Notes: a model not told the origin generated them from the letters alone. DNA of 64,000 nucleotides from Geosiphon pyriformis uo1 (GCA_016748015.1 JAAOMT010000009.1:2092200-2156199); one strand, 5' to 3'; numbered from the stretch's first letter, positions 26,600 to 41,700 are shown. Translations and numbers: made by a program.

Positions 26600-29500
26600 A
26601 AATTTCTCTCTTTTATCTTAAATACTTAAAAAAAGTTTATATTTTTAAAAAAAGCTGTTAAAAGCTCCAATTCAAGTTTAGATAAAGAGTTTTTGTTTTT
26701 AAGAAAGAAATAGAAAGATAATACTATTGTTAAAAAGAATATAGTTAATAGTTTTTTAACAAAATAAGATAATTCTGCTGAAAATAGTAAAAAGGAGTTA
26801 AACACTAAAAACACTATTAAATTAGAAAGTATAAACATAAAAAAAAATATTTAGTAAAAAAAATAAGTGTTAATTATGGCAGTAAAAATAAAATCAATAA
26901 TAAAAATACCAATAATACTCTAAAAAGACTTAAAATTATAACCAAGTATGTTTTGAAAAATTTTTGAAGAAAGATTAATTTTTTTAATAATGATAATAAT
27001 ATTAAAATAAATGCTTTTCTTTTGGTTTTTTTTTTCTTAAAAATTTGGTTCAAGTTTTAATTAAGAAATCATTTGTTTTGAATATTAGTTTAGATATTAT
27101 AATAGAGAAATTATCTTAAAAAAAACTAAAAATAGTAAAAAATTTGTTTTCTGGTGTTAATAATTTTAAAAAAACCTCTATTTTTTTAAAATTTGCTAAA
27201 ATTATTTGTGTATTATTTACTTTTAAATTGAATTTAACATAGGCAATAAAAAAAGCAAGAACAACAAATATTTTGATAAATATTAATCTTAAAAAATTAG
27301 CTATGTATTCAAATCAGGTCTTAATGATTAAAAAAATTTAGTAAAAATATTAATAAAAACTATAAATACTACATTAGTTAAATTTGATAAAATTAAAATA
27401 ATCAAAATATAATTAATAGAATTATAACAAAAGACTATAATAAAATTTTCTAATTCAGATTAAACAGATTTTTTGGCTTTTAAATTATTTATCTTTATTG
27501 AAAAAAATATAATACATATGACCAAAACTAATAAAAACAAAAAATTATAGAATATTAAAAATTAATATAGAACTTTGTTTTATACTTTGCTAATAAAAAT
27601 AAATACTTATAATTTGTAAGAATTTATAAAATCAATTAGTAGAAAAACATATATTATTAATTATTATTTTGTAATATATATCAAGACTAAATATGCAATA
27701 GTTTGCTTTAAATTTAAGTTTTTCTTAAATAAAGCAATAGAAAATATGTTAATATTAAAAAATACTAAGCTTTATTAGTTTTATCTGAGTTTGGCTAAGT
27801 GTACTGAGTATAAAAAGTTAGATTATATGTTGATTTAATGTGATACCAATAAGAAAATTTTCTCAATTGTTTCTTTTTACAAAATTCTATTAGTATAAAT
27901 AAAAACAAACTGGTTGCTATTTATGCTAAATAATTAATTCTTATTGTTTGTCTTGTTTTTTTTGGCAGTGTTTTTTGGATAAAAGTTATTGATAATTCTT
28001 TGTTTTTTCTTTTTTTTATGCAAAATAGTTTTTCAAAAGTTGGGTTTTTTTTAAAAATAAAGTCTTTTTTATTAGTTATAATATAAATGAATAATAGATT
28101 TGCTGTTTTTAAATACAGTTTTACCAATCTTATAAAACAAATTAATAAGTTGGCTAAAAGATTGAATATACTTAAACTAATAGTTTTTTAGCTTAGCTTT
28201 GAATGTTAACTATTAGTAACTTTTTTATTACAAAATTAAGAAGTAAATATAATAATAAGTGAGAATATAAGTATAGTTATTAGTAATAAAACTGTTGTGA
28301 AAATAGTGTCTCTTAATTTATTGGTTATCTTTAAAATAAAAGATAATATAAACAATTTATTAGATATGATTTTGAGCCTATTAACCAAAGTAAACAATAT
28401 TAGTTTAAGTATAAGCAATTTTTTTTTCCAATAACTAACTTAATCTAAAAGATTGTTATATGTAATATTAAAAACATTAATGTTTCTATTAAGCAGAAAA
28501 ATATTGTTTATTGATATAAAAATTCTGGTTGTTTAATTTCTATTGTTATAAAAATAAAATTATGATTTAATAGTAAACTTTAATTAATAACCAAATTTAA
28601 TAAGATTTGAATCTTCACTTTTAGTTTGGATAAAAAATTTTTAAGTGCTAAAATATTAATAATTATAAATGTCTTTTTGGCATATTATGTATCAAAGATT
28701 AAAGAAGTTCTAAACTAACTGATCTTTATTTACTTGCTATTTAAAAATGAATTTTTAGTAATAGTTTTAAGATTATATTCTTGTGTTTTTGCTGCAATAA
28801 GAGCTAAATAGACTTTAAAAGTTAATACACTTATTATAAAGATAGTAAATTCTAGTTTATTTATGATTTTAGATGAAAATTTTAATGAAAGTAATTTTAA
28901 AAAAAGTCTAAGCTACTAAAAATGCTTGGGTTTGAATCTAATTAATGTTTTTAAAAATCACTTTTTAATTAAGTTGCCTATATAAAGTAATTTTGAAAAG
29001 AGTTATAAAAGTTATTAATTATTTTTTTGTAAATAAAAATTTTTTATTTTTGCTAACTAAGCAAATAGTTGGTAATATTTTTGAATTTTTTGATACAAAT
29101 TACAAATTTGTTTTATGTTTTGTTAAACTGAGAAATTTATTAAATGTTTGTATAAATAAAATTTATAGACAGATTAACATAAATTATTAAAAATTTAAAA
29201 TTGAAGATATTAATAGTATTAAATAGATAGATTTTAAGAACTGTATTTTATCTATGTTTTTGCTAATAAAAAAAATTCAATAATACAAATAATAATGATA
29301 ATTTAGATATAATATAAAAGCTCTTAAGAAATACAATAATATATTTAACAGATAAAACATTTTTTAAATATTGGTATAGTAAAACTAAGTATTTTTTTAA
29401 TAGTAAATAATTATTAAAATTCTATAAATTGGAATTATTGGTTGATAAAATAGTAAAAATTCTAAGTTCAAATAATGTACTGAGATTCAATTATTTTCTG

Positions 29501-32500
29501 GAAATCTGGTTGGCTGCTAATTATAATAAGACTTTTTAAGTACAAATTTTAGTTTAGAATAGCATAAAGTCAATTAATATTTTTAATTATTTGTTGAAAA
29601 TCAAAAAATAATATTGCAAGTTTAAAATATATGAATTAAAAATTGCTAAAACTATGGCTATTAAGATTGTAATTAAAAAAAAAATAAAAAATTTCTGTTC
29701 AAATAAAAGCTATATAATTAAAAGTATATTAAAAATTTTTTTTACAATGTAGTTTTAAATTATTTGATAATTGATAAAAAATTAATCTTGAAATCTAATA
29801 CAGTTAAGGCCAAAATTAATGTGATAATAAAAAATTGAACCAGAAAGCAAGTAGTTTTAAAGTCATTTTTTAAGTTTTAAGTAAATTAATATGTTTTTTT
29901 GAATTATATAAATAATAGTATTTTTAAATATTATAGATATTATTAGTTTTGATAAATTAATTCAAATAATTAAAAATTTGCCAAACAAAAAAGCTGTTAG
30001 TCTAAATAGTATACTTAATAAACTATAAAAACATTGCAGTAAGAATATTCTAAGATGTTTTTTGAATTTGTTAAATTTTTGTTTGTCTTTAAGTGGCAAT
30101 TTTGATGTTATAAAAAAAAACTTAAATCTCAATAATATTCAAGTTTTATAAGTAAAAAAAAGGTTTAACAAATACTTAACTTATCATATTAATTAAAATA
30201 GCCAAAAAAATGCTTTCTAAGATCTTTTTAAATCAGATATTTTTTGTTTATAGCAAGTTTAGTATTCTTTGTAATAATAACTTTTCTGTTCTAAAAAATA
30301 TATCAATACAGTTTTCTATCTTTATTATTAATTTAATAGTTAAAAATGCTCTGAAAAAAACAGAGAGATTTGGTTAATTTTATAGAATATGTATAAAATA
30401 TATAATTCTGTTAATTAGTATTATCTAAGAACTAGTTTATAGTAAATTAATATATGTAAAAGATTTATTGAATTTTTTAGTAGCATTTATAAAGACAAAT
30501 TTAATAAAGTTATAATAAATTTTGGATTATTAAATAAATACAAGATATATAATAGGCTAAACCAAAATAAAATTTTTTCTTTTCTTTTTTAAAAAATATT
30601 TTATATCCTTTTTTTATGTAAGATTAAAAAACATAAATCTTTGTGTAAATACTGAATTGACACAAAATTTGTGATCAAAATAAAAAAAATTAAGACCAAT
30701 AAAAAAAAACTTTATTTTTTATTGCTAAAATATTTATTAATAATACAATTTAAATAAAGAACAGGCAAATTTTTACTTAATATATACTAAATATTGTTAA
30801 TGAGTTTTTTTTCTATTAATAATATCTTAATTAATAATAATAAAATAGTAGTTATTCTTATTAATCAGAGGATTAAAAATGTTTTTTTGAAGATTTGCCA
30901 ATTTTAATTGTTAAGAAAAGTGTTTTATATAAATATTTGAAAATTTTTTTGTTAATAGAAAATTTATTTCAGCCTAATTTGGTTAAGACTTATGCTAATG
31001 TTAGGTTTTTTTAATATAATATTAAAAAAAATTGTCACAAATAAGCAGTTTTCTTATTTGGTTTTGATTGTTTTATAATCTATTATTGGTTATTGTTTGT
31101 AGTTTAGCTTTGTTTTTTTTAATATATACAATAAATAAAATGTTTTAATTAGAAGAAATCTTAAGTTTAAGATCAATTTATCTTAGGACTTTCCTAATGA
31201 AACTTTGCACTATTTTTGGCTATGTGGCTTGAAAACATTTAAGCAAGTTTAAATTAAAAGTAAAATTACTTCAATAATAATTTTTTAAATATTACTAATA
31301 TTTTTGGTAGACTTTTTATTACAAATTTTTAGATCTATAGATTTTAAATTAGACTTTTATAAATTTTTTGCAATATTCAGTCAAGCTATAAGTTAATTTT
31401 GGCAACAATTTTTTGGCTAAAGTAATGCAAATTTTTTTGGTCAATAATATTTCTTTAGTAAATAATTTATTTAATGTATTTTACAGTTTTAACAGATTTT
31501 TAATGTTAAAAATATTAGAAAATTTTTTGTATTTTAATAAAATCAATTTTTTAAAAAAATTTGAAGTAGTTTTTAATAATAGGCTTTTAGACAAACAGAA
31601 TAAAATAGTAGATTAAATAATATTTTACTAATAAAAAAGATTGAATTTAAGGAAATTTGTGTTTTCTTAATATAAGTTAATAATAAAATTTTTGCTTAAT
31701 AATAATCTTATATTGGTCTTTTTTGGCTTGGTTTTTGCTTTGCTAAATAGGAATTTTTTAACATTAAAACAGATTTTCGATTTTGTAAGAATGTTTGTAT
31801 AAGATTTGGTCTAATTTAATTAAAGTATATATAAATAATTCTCTGAAAAGATTGAATTTTTTGAAAGCTACAAGTAGAACTGCTACATATTTTCTTATAT
31901 GAATATAAGTATTAGGATTTGGGTTCATAGACTGTTGTCTTTAATATTGGCCAAATTACAGACTGTTGTTTTGTTTTTGAAATATATATTTCTCTTTTAT
32001 ACTGTAGTTGTATATTTAAATAATTAAGCTGTTATGAATACTTGTGTCTTGGAGTTAAAACTATTAACACCCGATTTTTATAACCAGTGTTAAATTAAAA
32101 AAAAAACATATTGCAAACTTGATTAATAATAAGAATTTTTTGGTAATATAATCAAAAGTTAAAAAATATTTAAAAGTTTCTAGTAATATTTATATAAATT
32201 TTTTAATAAATATGACTGTGTACTCTTCTTTGTTCTTGTTTAACAATATTTGTAAATGATTTTTAATGGTTAATGGTTTAACAGTATTTGGTAATACTTG
32301 GTATTTTGTTTATAATATATACAAAATCATGAATTATATCTATTAGAAAACCAGTTTTGGTTTAAATATTATTAATAGTTTATTAATTTAAAATATTAAT
32401 TGATTTTTAAGTGCTAAAGTGTAACATTCTAATTTTTTTATGCTTTTGGATTATACTAGCAAATTTTTAGTAAGTGTATATATGTATTTTATAAAGATAA

Positions 32501-33240
32501 TTTATAAAAAACTGTTAGTTATTATTAGAAAAAGACTGTATAGTTGAAAATATTTTGGTGTTTTGTGTTTGTTTTATAAAGAAGTTAAATTTTCTAATCA
32601 TATATTTATATATTTAAAAGAGACTAATTCTTGTAAAAAAATTGTGTTTGACTATATTAATCTTTGAAAATCTTTAATAGATTTCTATGCTTTAGTGTTT
32701 TTTATAATATTAAGATTTTTTTGCCTTTTAAATATTGGGTTATATATAATATTTTATAAGAGTTTTGTGTTAAAAAAATAAACTGCTAAGATTATATTAG
32801 TATTTAATAATAATAATAAAACTAGTTAATTGTTGATTAATTTTATCTGTAAACTGGTTGAATATTACTGTTCTAAGTTGTAAAGTTTTAGGTCTAAGTT
32901 TAAAATATATATATAAAAAATAGTTTAATTAATAACAATAAATTAGTATTTGATAAGTTCTTTGTATTTGTTTTTGGTTTGTCAAATAAAATAGTTAAAT
33001 TTTTTGATATTAAAAAATTGTTTGGTGTTAACTTTGGTTTTTATAAGCCTTATTTGTTTTTTTTGGGTTTAAGTAATAAGATATTTATTTATATAAGAGC
33101 ATAGTATTGTCTTAATTAGTTTAAATAGCTGGTTATATGTAAAAAAAGTGTGAACTGTATTTGGTTAAGACTTTTAGTTTTGGTTTTATATACTAAATAG
33201 CAGTTAAATTGTACTTATTAAACTTAATAAAAAAAAAAAT
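26600..33240 (+). mobile_element. Full-length but heavily hypermutated LINE copy
   Basis: Collinear with the 36.6-43.5 kb element through ORF1, APE, RT, RNase H and the 3' UTR (tagctggttatatgtaaaaaaagtgtga, then poly-A). G and C are replaced by A and T throughout. Confidence 0.85.
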
Positions 33241-33499
33241 ATATATAATTTTAAAAAAGTTATTTCAAATAAGCAATTTTTTTATTTGATATTTTTTATA
33301 TTGTATTTTATTATTAATTACAAAACTTAATTTAATTTTGTTTTTAAAAATATATATAACAAATAGAATATTTTAATCAAAAAAAATTTAAAAGTAAAAA
33401 TTAGTTTATTAAAAAACTTTGCAAATAAAATTATTTATTATTTATTATTATAACTTAAAAATATTTAAACAAGTATAAACAAAAAAAAATAACTTTAGT

Positions 33500-36400
33500 T
33501 TTAAATTTTTTAAATATATATAATATTTTTAGTTAATTATTTAATTATAAATAATTGAATTCGCAAATATTAAGTTGGTTTTTTAATTATTTTTTGTAGT
33601 TTTTGCAAAATTAAAAATTAGTTCAATAAACAATTTTTTGACTGAAATTTTTAAGATTTTTTTAAATTATAATATTTTTTTAATAAATAATCTGTTTTCT
33701 GTTTTTTGATTTTTTGATAGTATTTTAATGTTTATAATTTTAAATAATATGTTTTTTTATGATGTTTTTTATTTTTTTAAAAGATTTGGTATTACTTTTA
33801 TTTAGCAGTTTTTTACAAAAAATAGACTGGTTTTTAATTAAAAAAATTTTTGTTATTAAAAAAAACTTGATTTTAGAAGTTTTATTTTTAATTGTTTAAG
33901 TTAATAATTAAATATTTAAATAATAGTGTTTTTAATTATGTTGTTTTTTTATTGATTAACTATTTTTGGTTTTTTAATATACATAATTTTAGTAATTTTT
34001 GGTAATAAAAAAAGTCTAATTAATACTAATTTAAAAGTTATTAATATTTATACAAATAGTTTTTAAAAAAATCTGGTATATTTAAAATAAGATATAATAT
34101 TATTATGTTTTTTGCTAATTTAAATATAGCTATTAATATTAAGATAAATAAGTTGGTTTTTTTATATTAACAGAATTGTAAATTATTATATTAATTTTAA
34201 AGTATATATTAATTTTTAACTTTATAATAATATATTTAAATAGTCAAGCTGTTTTAAATATTTGTTTTTAAAATTAAAAATAATATTACCAAATTTTTAT
34301 AACTGTTATTGACTTAAAAAATATTATATAGCAAACATTATTAAATATAAAAATTTTAATATTATAATTAAGAACTATTTAATAAAAATTTGATAAACCA
34401 AATTAAATTAAATTTTGAATATTGTTTTAATTATAAATTAAACTTAAATTAAACTAAATTTTTAAAGTAAATTTAATTTAAATTCAAAATTAAATCTTTT
34501 TAACAAGTTTAAATTTGGTTTAAAGTTATAAACTTGTTTAAGTTTAATAATTAATTAAAAAAATATATAAAATTATATATATATAACAATTTTGTTTTTT
34601 AACTTTTATTTTTAATAAATATTCAAAGAAATTTTTAAATTAAAAAAAAATTGAAAATAATATTAGAAACTGAATTATCATAGTTAAAAGTGTTAAGAAA
34701 CTTATTAGTATTATTTAATTAATAAAAGCTTTATTATAAAAATTTAAGAAAAATATTAAAAATTATTAATATTTTATGTTTCTAGATTAAAAAAACACAT
34801 TAAACAATTGTAAAAATAGTTTTAGAGAAAATTTTAAAACAACAAATAAATTTTAATTCAGTTTTTAAAAAAAGTACATAAATATATACAATAATTAAAA
34901 ATTTAGGAATAACTTATATTGTAATATTAAAAAGAAAGTCTTTGGTATAATATTAATATTATTATACAAATAAAATTAAAAAATTCACAAAAAACTAATT
35001 GCAATTAAAACAAAATATTAATATTTAATATACTAAAAAAACTATCTTATAGTAATATATATATAAATTATTTTTTTGTAAAATTATAAATACTATTAAA
35101 CTTTTATAATATTATTTAAAAACTTTTTATTAAACAATATATATTACAACAAAAAAATATTATAAAAAAGACAAAATATTCAAAAAATTATGAATTAATT
35201 AAAAAAATATTTTAATGAATAATATTGCTATTTTTTTATAATTTTTTGGTCAATTTAATTAAAAAACTGCATTTAAATTTGATATTTAAATTTATTAAAC
35301 ATAATTTTTTTGTTTTATACATATAATTTATAATTATTAATAATTAAAAAATTATTTATTGCTTTTGAATGTGTTTTTTTACAAGTAAAAATATAATTAT
35401 AAATATAAAGTTTTACTTAATATTTAAAATTATAAAAATAATATAACATTTTTAATTATAGATATAAAAATTATTGAAAAAAATTAGTTAATAATATAAT
35501 ATAATTTTTAATAATTAAATTTAAATATGTTTATAAACTTTAAACTGAACTTATTATTTGGGCTTGAATTTAGTTTAAGTTTAATTATTTTAAGTTTAAT
35601 TTAAATTTAAGTTTAAAATTTAGCCAAAATTTTTGTTTGAATTTAATTTAATTTAATAATTTAATTAAACTTAGACCAAGTTAAACTGAATATTAAAATC
35701 TTATTATTCAAATATTTTAGATAATAAAAAAATTAATAAGTTGATTGGTATTATATTTTGCTTAAATTTATTGTTTTTTATTTATATTTATAAAAATATA
35801 TTAAGATTAATAGAATATTAATTTCTAAAAATACTTAATAATTTGTGTATAATACTTTTAAAACTATTTGTTATGCTTACTAAAAAGTTGGATTAAATAC
35901 TAATATTATTAAAAAAAATTTAATTGAGAATATTAATTAAGGTTAAATTTTTTTGGTTTGATATTTTAATTTGCATATAATTTTTGAGTTTATAAGTAAA
36001 TTTATAACTGGTTTGTATTTTTATTTTATAAAAATTTTATATTATTTGTTTATTATTATTTGAAAACATTTATACAATAAAAAATATCTTAGTATTTTAT
36101 ATTTTTATTGTAAAAAAATTAAATTTTTACATATAAAACAAATTTAACTATTTACAAATAATTGTTAAAATTATATATTATTGTGTAAAAATTTTTGATA
36201 AGTTTATATTTGTTAATATTTTGTATATTATAGTTGTTGTTTTTTGTGTATCTAATAATATAATATATATTATTTTATATAAAAATATTATTTTTAAAAA
36301 CTAGTATTAGAAAGCTTTATTTATTTTTAGTAATACTAAAACTATTATTAATAAATTTGTAGATTTGTTTATAATTTAGAAATAACTTATTATAATAAAA

Positions 36401-36626
36401 TATAGTTAATTAGATTTAATATAAAATAATTATAGAAAAAAATAATTTGGTAATTTTTAATGATTTTGTGTTTTTAATAATTTATGATTTGTTATTTTTG
36501 TTTTTAAATTGTATTGTAAAATTGCTTAGAATTATTAAAATTTTTGGTAATAGTTTTAGTTTATACAAATTATGTATGTTTTTTTTTAATATTAATAATA
36601 AATATATAATGTTATTTTTATTAGCT
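33500..36626 (+). mobile_element. Older eroded LINE 3' half, interrupted by later insertions; continues at 43539-43650
   Basis: Degenerate RNase H near 34040-34350, degenerate C-terminal zinc-finger region near 35940-36140, and the ORF2 end at 36520-36610 (KLLRIIKIFGNSFSLYKLCMFF versus KLLGIAEAFGVGFGFHNLCSFF). Confidence 0.7.
34370..35700. mobile_element. Possible eroded DNA transposon/MITE with subterminal inverted repeats, inserted in the old LINE
   Basis: 34500-34555 and 35510-35555 are approximate reverse complements, each inside arrays of AAATTT/AAGTTT-like units. LINE RNase H-like sequence appears to stop before the block and resume after it. Confidence 0.35.
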
Positions 36627-36751
36627 AAAAAACTCTTTCTTTTGTTGATCCCCTGACCATAATGAGAGCATAGAGTAGTCAAAGAAATATTTTCCTTTTC
36701 CCTTATTCTCTTCTGTTTCCTTCAGTTATTTCTTTACATTCACCTCTGTTC

Positions 36752-38717
36752 ATGACAATAGATCCAGTAGGCTCTTCTGCTGGTGGGTCGGCGTCTAGTT
36801 CGGCTGGTGTGGGGACCCGTTCTGGCACTAAAAAAAAGACGCGCATTGAGAGTGTGTACGCTCATGGTCCATCTTACAAGAAAGCAAAGAAACCTGATGA
36901 TTTTGGTGTTGTTGTGAATTCATTGGCTGGCCCTCTGCCTGTGAACATACTACATGGTGGCGTTAACGACCGGAAGAAATCTTGGGGTAGCGAAATGGAC
37001 AGCGAGGAATCTAGTGTTGGTGGGACTTCTGATGTTGAGACCATGAAGAACACTGATTGTGGAAGAAATAAGCTACGTCAATTCCAATGCTTCCGGGAAT
37101 GACGAACTAATGAGTAATAATATGCCAAAGGGTTTGAGAACGAGAATGTACATATTTAAACACCCACCTAAGCAGCCTTCTTTCGTTAATGTGGATGGTG
37201 CTGGCAATGTTTTGGAGCTCCCTCCTCGCACGTTCAATGGATCCAATCAGTTGCTGCCAGTCACATCATGTGATTGAGAGATTTGAAGTTTTATTTCGGT
37301 AAAATCTTTTGCATTGGATATTGAACTTTCTGCTGTTCCTGAGAAAACTGTTAGTAATAAATTGATTTGTGTGAAAAAAATTTTTTATCAAGTTGATGGT
37401 TTTGGGGGGGCTTCGACTTCTTCAAAATTTCCTGGAATAATAAGGTTATCATTTACATCTGAAAAAAGTTTGATTAAGACAAGGGAAATGGCGATCTGTG
37501 AAAAATTTTTGGTAAATGATGATCTAAGAAAAGTAAACAACCGTTTGAATCGGGAGATGATCGTCAAGGAAATCCCAGTGGATCTTCCCAAATCGGCAAT
37601 TGAGACAGTGTTCTCCAAGTTTGGCAAGATTATTTCAATCAAAGTGCAGCTTATTGGTCTTTGGCAAAAGACCCTAGTGAAATATGAATCATCTGAGATA
37701 GCTGGTTTGGTCGTGGCTAGATGGTCTGTGCTTATGGGAAAAGATTCTGTTCACATGGCAAAGGCAAGTGTTGATAAACAAATGTGGATATCTAGGGATC
37801 AGCATTGGGCGTTGCTTTACACTCTTCCAGTTGGCACCACTGCCCATGATTTGTCTGCATTGGTAGAGGCCTATGGTGGGAAAACTTGTTTTATTGGCCG
37901 TAATCCATCTTCATATGTTTGTGATCAGTGTGCTGTAATTTGTTTTGAAAGTGAGACATCCAAGTTGGCTGCTATTGGTTCGGTTCTGGTTTTCAAAGGT
38001 GTGGACTTGCATTGGGCTGGTCTTTCTTTGGCCAATTGTGCTTATTGCAAACTGTTTGGTCATACTGCTATTGATTGCTTTGTGGATAGGGGGTTTGGGG
38101 GTCATGGGAAACATGCGGCAACTTCTCAGGATAAGATACGGTTGGCTAATATTTATAGGAAGAAGCAGGCACCAATTGTCTGCTCAGTTTCTTTTGGTGG
38201 AAAGACATGGGCCCAAGTGGCAGGCAGCTCTCCCTTTTGTGTTGTCTCTTCAGGTGCTCCTGGTGTTGGTTTGATCTCTGGTTTGAAGGCTTTCTCAATG
38301 GATCCCTCCTCATCTGGTGCTGCTGATCTAGGTGGTCGCCTAGCTGTACTGGAATGCTCCATGAAAATTCTCTTGGACCAAGTCTCACTCATTTTAAAGA
38401 AATTAAGTTTCGTTGACTTGGTGTCATTGGCGTCCTCTCCCTCAGCTCTTTTTTTGGTGTCTCCAACTGCCGTTGTTTCAGATATGGACTCAGGTTTGGC
38501 TATAGATAGTACATTGTTATCGTTTGCCTCTTCTCCTTCCAATGTTGGTGAGTCGATTGTTGATCTCAGTCCAAACAGTTCTAAGGTTTTGACTGCCAAG
38601 ATTGGTGGTTTAGAGTCAAATATAGTGGCCCTTGAGGCTTCAGTTTGCTCAGTTTTGGATAGATTGAATTATCTGCGTTCTGGATCGGGTTCATTGGCTT
38701 TTTCTCCATCTCAATGA
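36752..38717 (+). pseudogene. LINE ORF1 (gag-like; two RRM-like segments plus a CCHC zinc knuckle)
   Basis: IVKEIPVDLPKSAIETVFSKFGKIISIK, ALLYTLPVGTTAHDL and CAYCKLFGHTAIDC. One frameshift near 37055 and a stop at 37275. Confidence 0.85.
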
Positions 38718-41700
38718 GTAGTTTGGTTTGGAAATTTGCTACGTGCAACGTTCAGGGTATCAATGTTCCTGCGAAGCAAGCAGATGTTGTTCATTGGCAT
38801 GTAAACTCAGGGAATATGGTTTTTTTTATCACTGAGACTAAGTTGAGGTCCTTTTCTGGGCCATGGATAAAGGACAAATTTGATGGAGTGCGAATATTTT
38901 CTTCTGACTTGGATAAGGGTTTTATGGGTGCTGGGGTTGTAATTGTTATGAACATTTCTTTGGCCCATCATGTATCTAAGGTGGAGAAGATTCCTGGTCA
39001 GGTTATTTCTGTTCAGCTTCTGTTTAAGAGCAAGCTTTTGGTTACTGTTTTGGGGTTGTATGCTGGTGTCTCCTCTGGGGCTAGATTTGGTTAGGCTTCT
39101 GAAATTAACTCTCTCATTGCAAAGGCAGTCAACTCCAGCAATTTTGTTATCTTGGGTGGGGACTTTAATGAGAATAGATCTGGTAGAAGTGCTAGTTTCA
39201 AGTTTTGTTTGAGTTTGGGTTTGGTCAATTCATTTGTTGGTCATCATTTGGCTAATTTTTATACATAGAGCAATTTGAGAGGGGCTGGGAAAATGATTGA
39301 TTACATTTTTGTTGGTAGTAATTTGTCTTCTGCTGTTGCTGGTCATCAAGTTGTCTCTGTTTCAGATTTCTTTAACACCGATTACAAGACAGTTGTGGTT
39401 TTGGTCGGTTTGGGTGGGCTTCTAGATGTACAATTGAATAGTTTGCGCAAGCAGGCGAATAAAGATCGTTGGAAGTTCAAAATCAAGAATGCTAACTGTG
39501 TTGGATGGGCTAAGTTTAAGGATCTCTCATCAGCTAAACTTTTGTCTTTGGGTGAAGTGTTCTCTGGTGCCAAAATACGTGGTAATGTGGATGCTATGTG
39601 GGGAGTTTTGGTGGGAGCTGTAGTGGATTCTGCTGATGTGACACTTTCAAGACATTGGTTTAGTGAATTCAAGTGTTCGAGAAACAAACATTCTTCTAGG
39701 TTTTTTGGTCTGGAATTGTTGGTAACCAAGATTGTAAAAAAATTTTGCTCTGGTGACTTGCTGGGTGCTAATCGTCTTGTGAGTAAATGGTCAACTCTGG
39801 ATGACGTGAAGGCTCATGCTTTCAAGGACTTGGTTGGGTTAGGTGTTAAATCTGATGTTGTTGTTAGGCATTTGTTATTGGTTCGCGGAGAGTACAGGAA
39901 GTCGAAGATGTTTGAGTCAAGGTTGGCTAAGGAAGCTTCAGTTAGGAAGGCGATTGAGAAGCGCATAGATAATTTCTGTTTGGATAAGGGTAGTATGATT
40001 AGGAGTGTGTTGGAAAAGCTTTTTCACAAGGTTGTGTTGGATCACTTGATAGTTGATGATGATCTGGTTTTGTTGCCTAAAGAGGTGAAGTCCAGTGTGG
40101 ATAGAATAATGAAGGGATGGACGAGGAAATGTTCTGTGTAGTCAGTGCTTCCTGGTCTTTGGGCTCGTCAGTACGTGCCTTTGGACCATGTTCAGGATGA
40201 TGCTTTTTCGGGTATTATGAGTGCAATCAGTATGGGCGAGTTACTTTCTGTTATTGATAGTCTTCCTGATGGCAAGGCTGCTGGTTTGTCTGGTGTTCCT
40301 AATGAGTTGTGGAAACATGGTGGTGAGGTGGTTTTGGGGTGCCTGTTGGCGCTGTTTAACAAATGTTTGTCTGTTGGTGTGGTGCCTGTTTTGTGGAAGA
40401 GGGCTTGGGTGTCAATGATTCCTAAGCCTTATGACTGGGATGGAGTTCTTATGAACACTCGGCCTATTGCTTTGATTGAGACTGCCAGGAAGATTCTCTC
40501 CAAGATTCTGTCTGATCATATTTCAATGGCTTGTAGCAAGTTCAATGTTCTTCAGGGTGACAACTTTTTGGTGCTGAAGGGTACATCAACACAATCTCTG
40601 GTGTTTGCTGTCGGATCGGTGATTAAGGATGTCATTGAGAAGGATAGGGAGTTATGGTTGGTCTTGCAAGATATGCAGAAAGCTTATGATTCAGTTGAGT
40701 GGCATCATTTAAGAGCTAGTTTGTGGCGTGTCAAGATGTGTGAGAGGTTCATAAGGTTTTTTGGTGGTATTTATGAGGATAGAGTTAATAGGGTGATGAC
40801 TGACTTTGGTTTGTCTGGTGGTTATAAGGTGCATGATGGGCTGGATCAGGATGAGATCTTTTTGCCACTTTTTTGGAGGATTTTTTATGATCCGCTTTTG
40901 TGTGAGGTTAAGAGGCACAAACAATTGTGTGGGTACTGGATTGATACTAAGTTTGTTTCAAAATCTGGCAGAATTGAGAGTGGTGGTGGTTTGATATCGT
41001 ATTTTTCGGCTGGTGCATTTGTTGATGATACGATCTGGGTTGGAAATTGTCAAGCTTCTACTCAATATGCTCTGAACATTGCCAGTAAATTTTTTGTGAT
41101 CAATGATATTTCTATCAATAGTGAGAAGACGGTAGCTATTCCCATCAATCAAGGCGTTAAAGTTGCTTCACTGAACATTTGTGGTCAGCCAATTTCTATT
41201 GCCAAAAGAGGGGAAGCACATCAGTATCTGGGTATTTTTCTGTCAACTGAAGGGCTCTCCAAGCCAAGTGTTGCCAAGGCTTATGTGAATGTACATTTCT
41301 TCGTCAATGTTGTGCTTAGGAAGGCTATTACAGACAAACAATTCTCCTATCTGGTGTCAGCTGTTTTGCAGCCTATTGTTAGCTATTGTATTCAGTTCAG
41401 TTTTGTCTCATCTAATGTTTGTCGCAAGTGGGATGCCTTGGTTAGAAAGGGTCTTAGGTCCAAGGCTTGTTTCCTCCGTGATTTTCCTGACGCTGCTTTG
41501 CATCATCCCTCATTGTATGGCCTAAAGCCTTTTGAGCAGGTGCAGTCAGAAGGGAAGGTTGCTGCTTTGATGGCGTTCTCTAATGCTGTTGGTATTCTTG
41601 GGCGTTTGTTTAGACATAGGTTTTTGGACTTACAGGTTCTTGGTTGGGCTCTTTTGGATCCTTTGCAGTTTCTGGTCAGGTTGTGTGTTAGTCCGGTAAA

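Noticed and set aside
26626-31616. Short Ile/Leu/Phe/Lys/Asn-rich ORFs suggesting mitochondrial or endosymbiont DNA
   Set aside because: They are collinear with the LINE and explained by C-to-T/G-to-A erosion; no organellar genes were recognised.
26584-33252. Candidate TSD ATATAATTTT around the eroded LINE
   Set aside because: Too low in complexity to distinguish from chance in this composition.
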